Positions 23,912 to 24,000 of a stretch of 24,000 bases of DNA are shown here, one piece after another (positions within the stretch are counted from its first letter, which is position 1; every line of letters begins with the position of its first letter). The stretch comes from Corallincola platygyrae (GTDB lineage: Bacteria; Pseudomonadota; Gammaproteobacteria; Enterobacterales; Neiellaceae). Position numbers and translations under genes: made by a program. The stretch is taken from positions 47,323-71,322 of the forward strand of contig NZ_BAABLI010000009.1 in NCBI RefSeq assembly GCF_039544265.1, in the 5' to 3' direction. The notes under the pieces were generated by a model. The model worked only from the letters and a program-made list of their open reading frames with translations. It searched no databases and was not told the origin of the DNA.

Positions 23912-24000
23912 ATGACTGACTTCCAACATATTGATATTGAAAAAACTAAGTCGATGCTTGAAGCCGGCGAAGCGTTGGTGGTGGATATCAGAGATGACGC
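23912..24000 (+). CDS. glpE: Single-domain rhodanese, GlpE-like thiosulfate sulfurtransferase (5' end only)
   Basis: Not in the ORF track. The ATG at 23912 has AGGTG upstream and reads MTDFQHIDIEKTKSMLEAGEALVVDIRDD to the window edge. This resembles the GlpE N-terminus (..AVLVDIRDPQSF). Confidence 0.55.
   Translation, partial: MTDFQHIDIEKTKSMLEAGEALVVDIRDD

Overview
This looks like a gammaproteobacterial chromosomal window; gene content and order resemble Alteromonadales/Vibrionales-type genomes, but the taxon cannot be proven from sequence alone.

**Left ~10.6 kb: LPS core-oligosaccharide locus, mostly on the minus strand.**
- a protein-kinase-fold LPS-kinase-like gene plus coaD
- a GT4 glycosyltransferase
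- a WavE-like protein
- a translationally coupled three-gene module: nucleotidyltransferase, a degenerate-nucleotidyltransferase/APH-type kinase fusion, and a small HAD phosphatase
- a divergently transcribed GT4 gene
- a GT2 (WaaE/KdtX-like)-waaF-hldD operon

**Right ~13 kb: mixed housekeeping and accessory genes.**
- a TetR-lipoprotein-sseA operon
- an orphan 93-aa gene
- a DUF4114/PEP-CTERM-like secreted protein
- a gamma-glutamylcyclotransferase-like gene
- a GbsR-type regulator upstream of a short-Q-loop (CIO-type) cytochrome bd oxidase
- a secreted MBL-fold hydrolase
- pyrC, an HDOD protein and kbl-tdh
- a small double CxxCxGxG zinc-finger protein
- the start of a glpE-like rhodanese

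I saw no tRNA/rRNA, CRISPR array, IS/transposase/integrase or recognisable defence genes.

**Most system-like under-characterised content.** The leading candidate is the WavE + nucleotidyltransferase + kinase + HAD module inside the LPS locus. Its fold logic parallels known anomeric-kinase/nucleotidyltransferase/phosphatase routes, but the substrate is unknown. The TetR-coupled lipoprotein comes second. I cannot show from sequence alone that either is truly novel.

**Non-coding signals.** Several candidate regulatory sites are reported at modest confidence: an 18-bp perfect palindrome abutting the gbsR -10 hexamer, an 11-bp-phased tandem heptamer upstream of hldD, and several hairpins.
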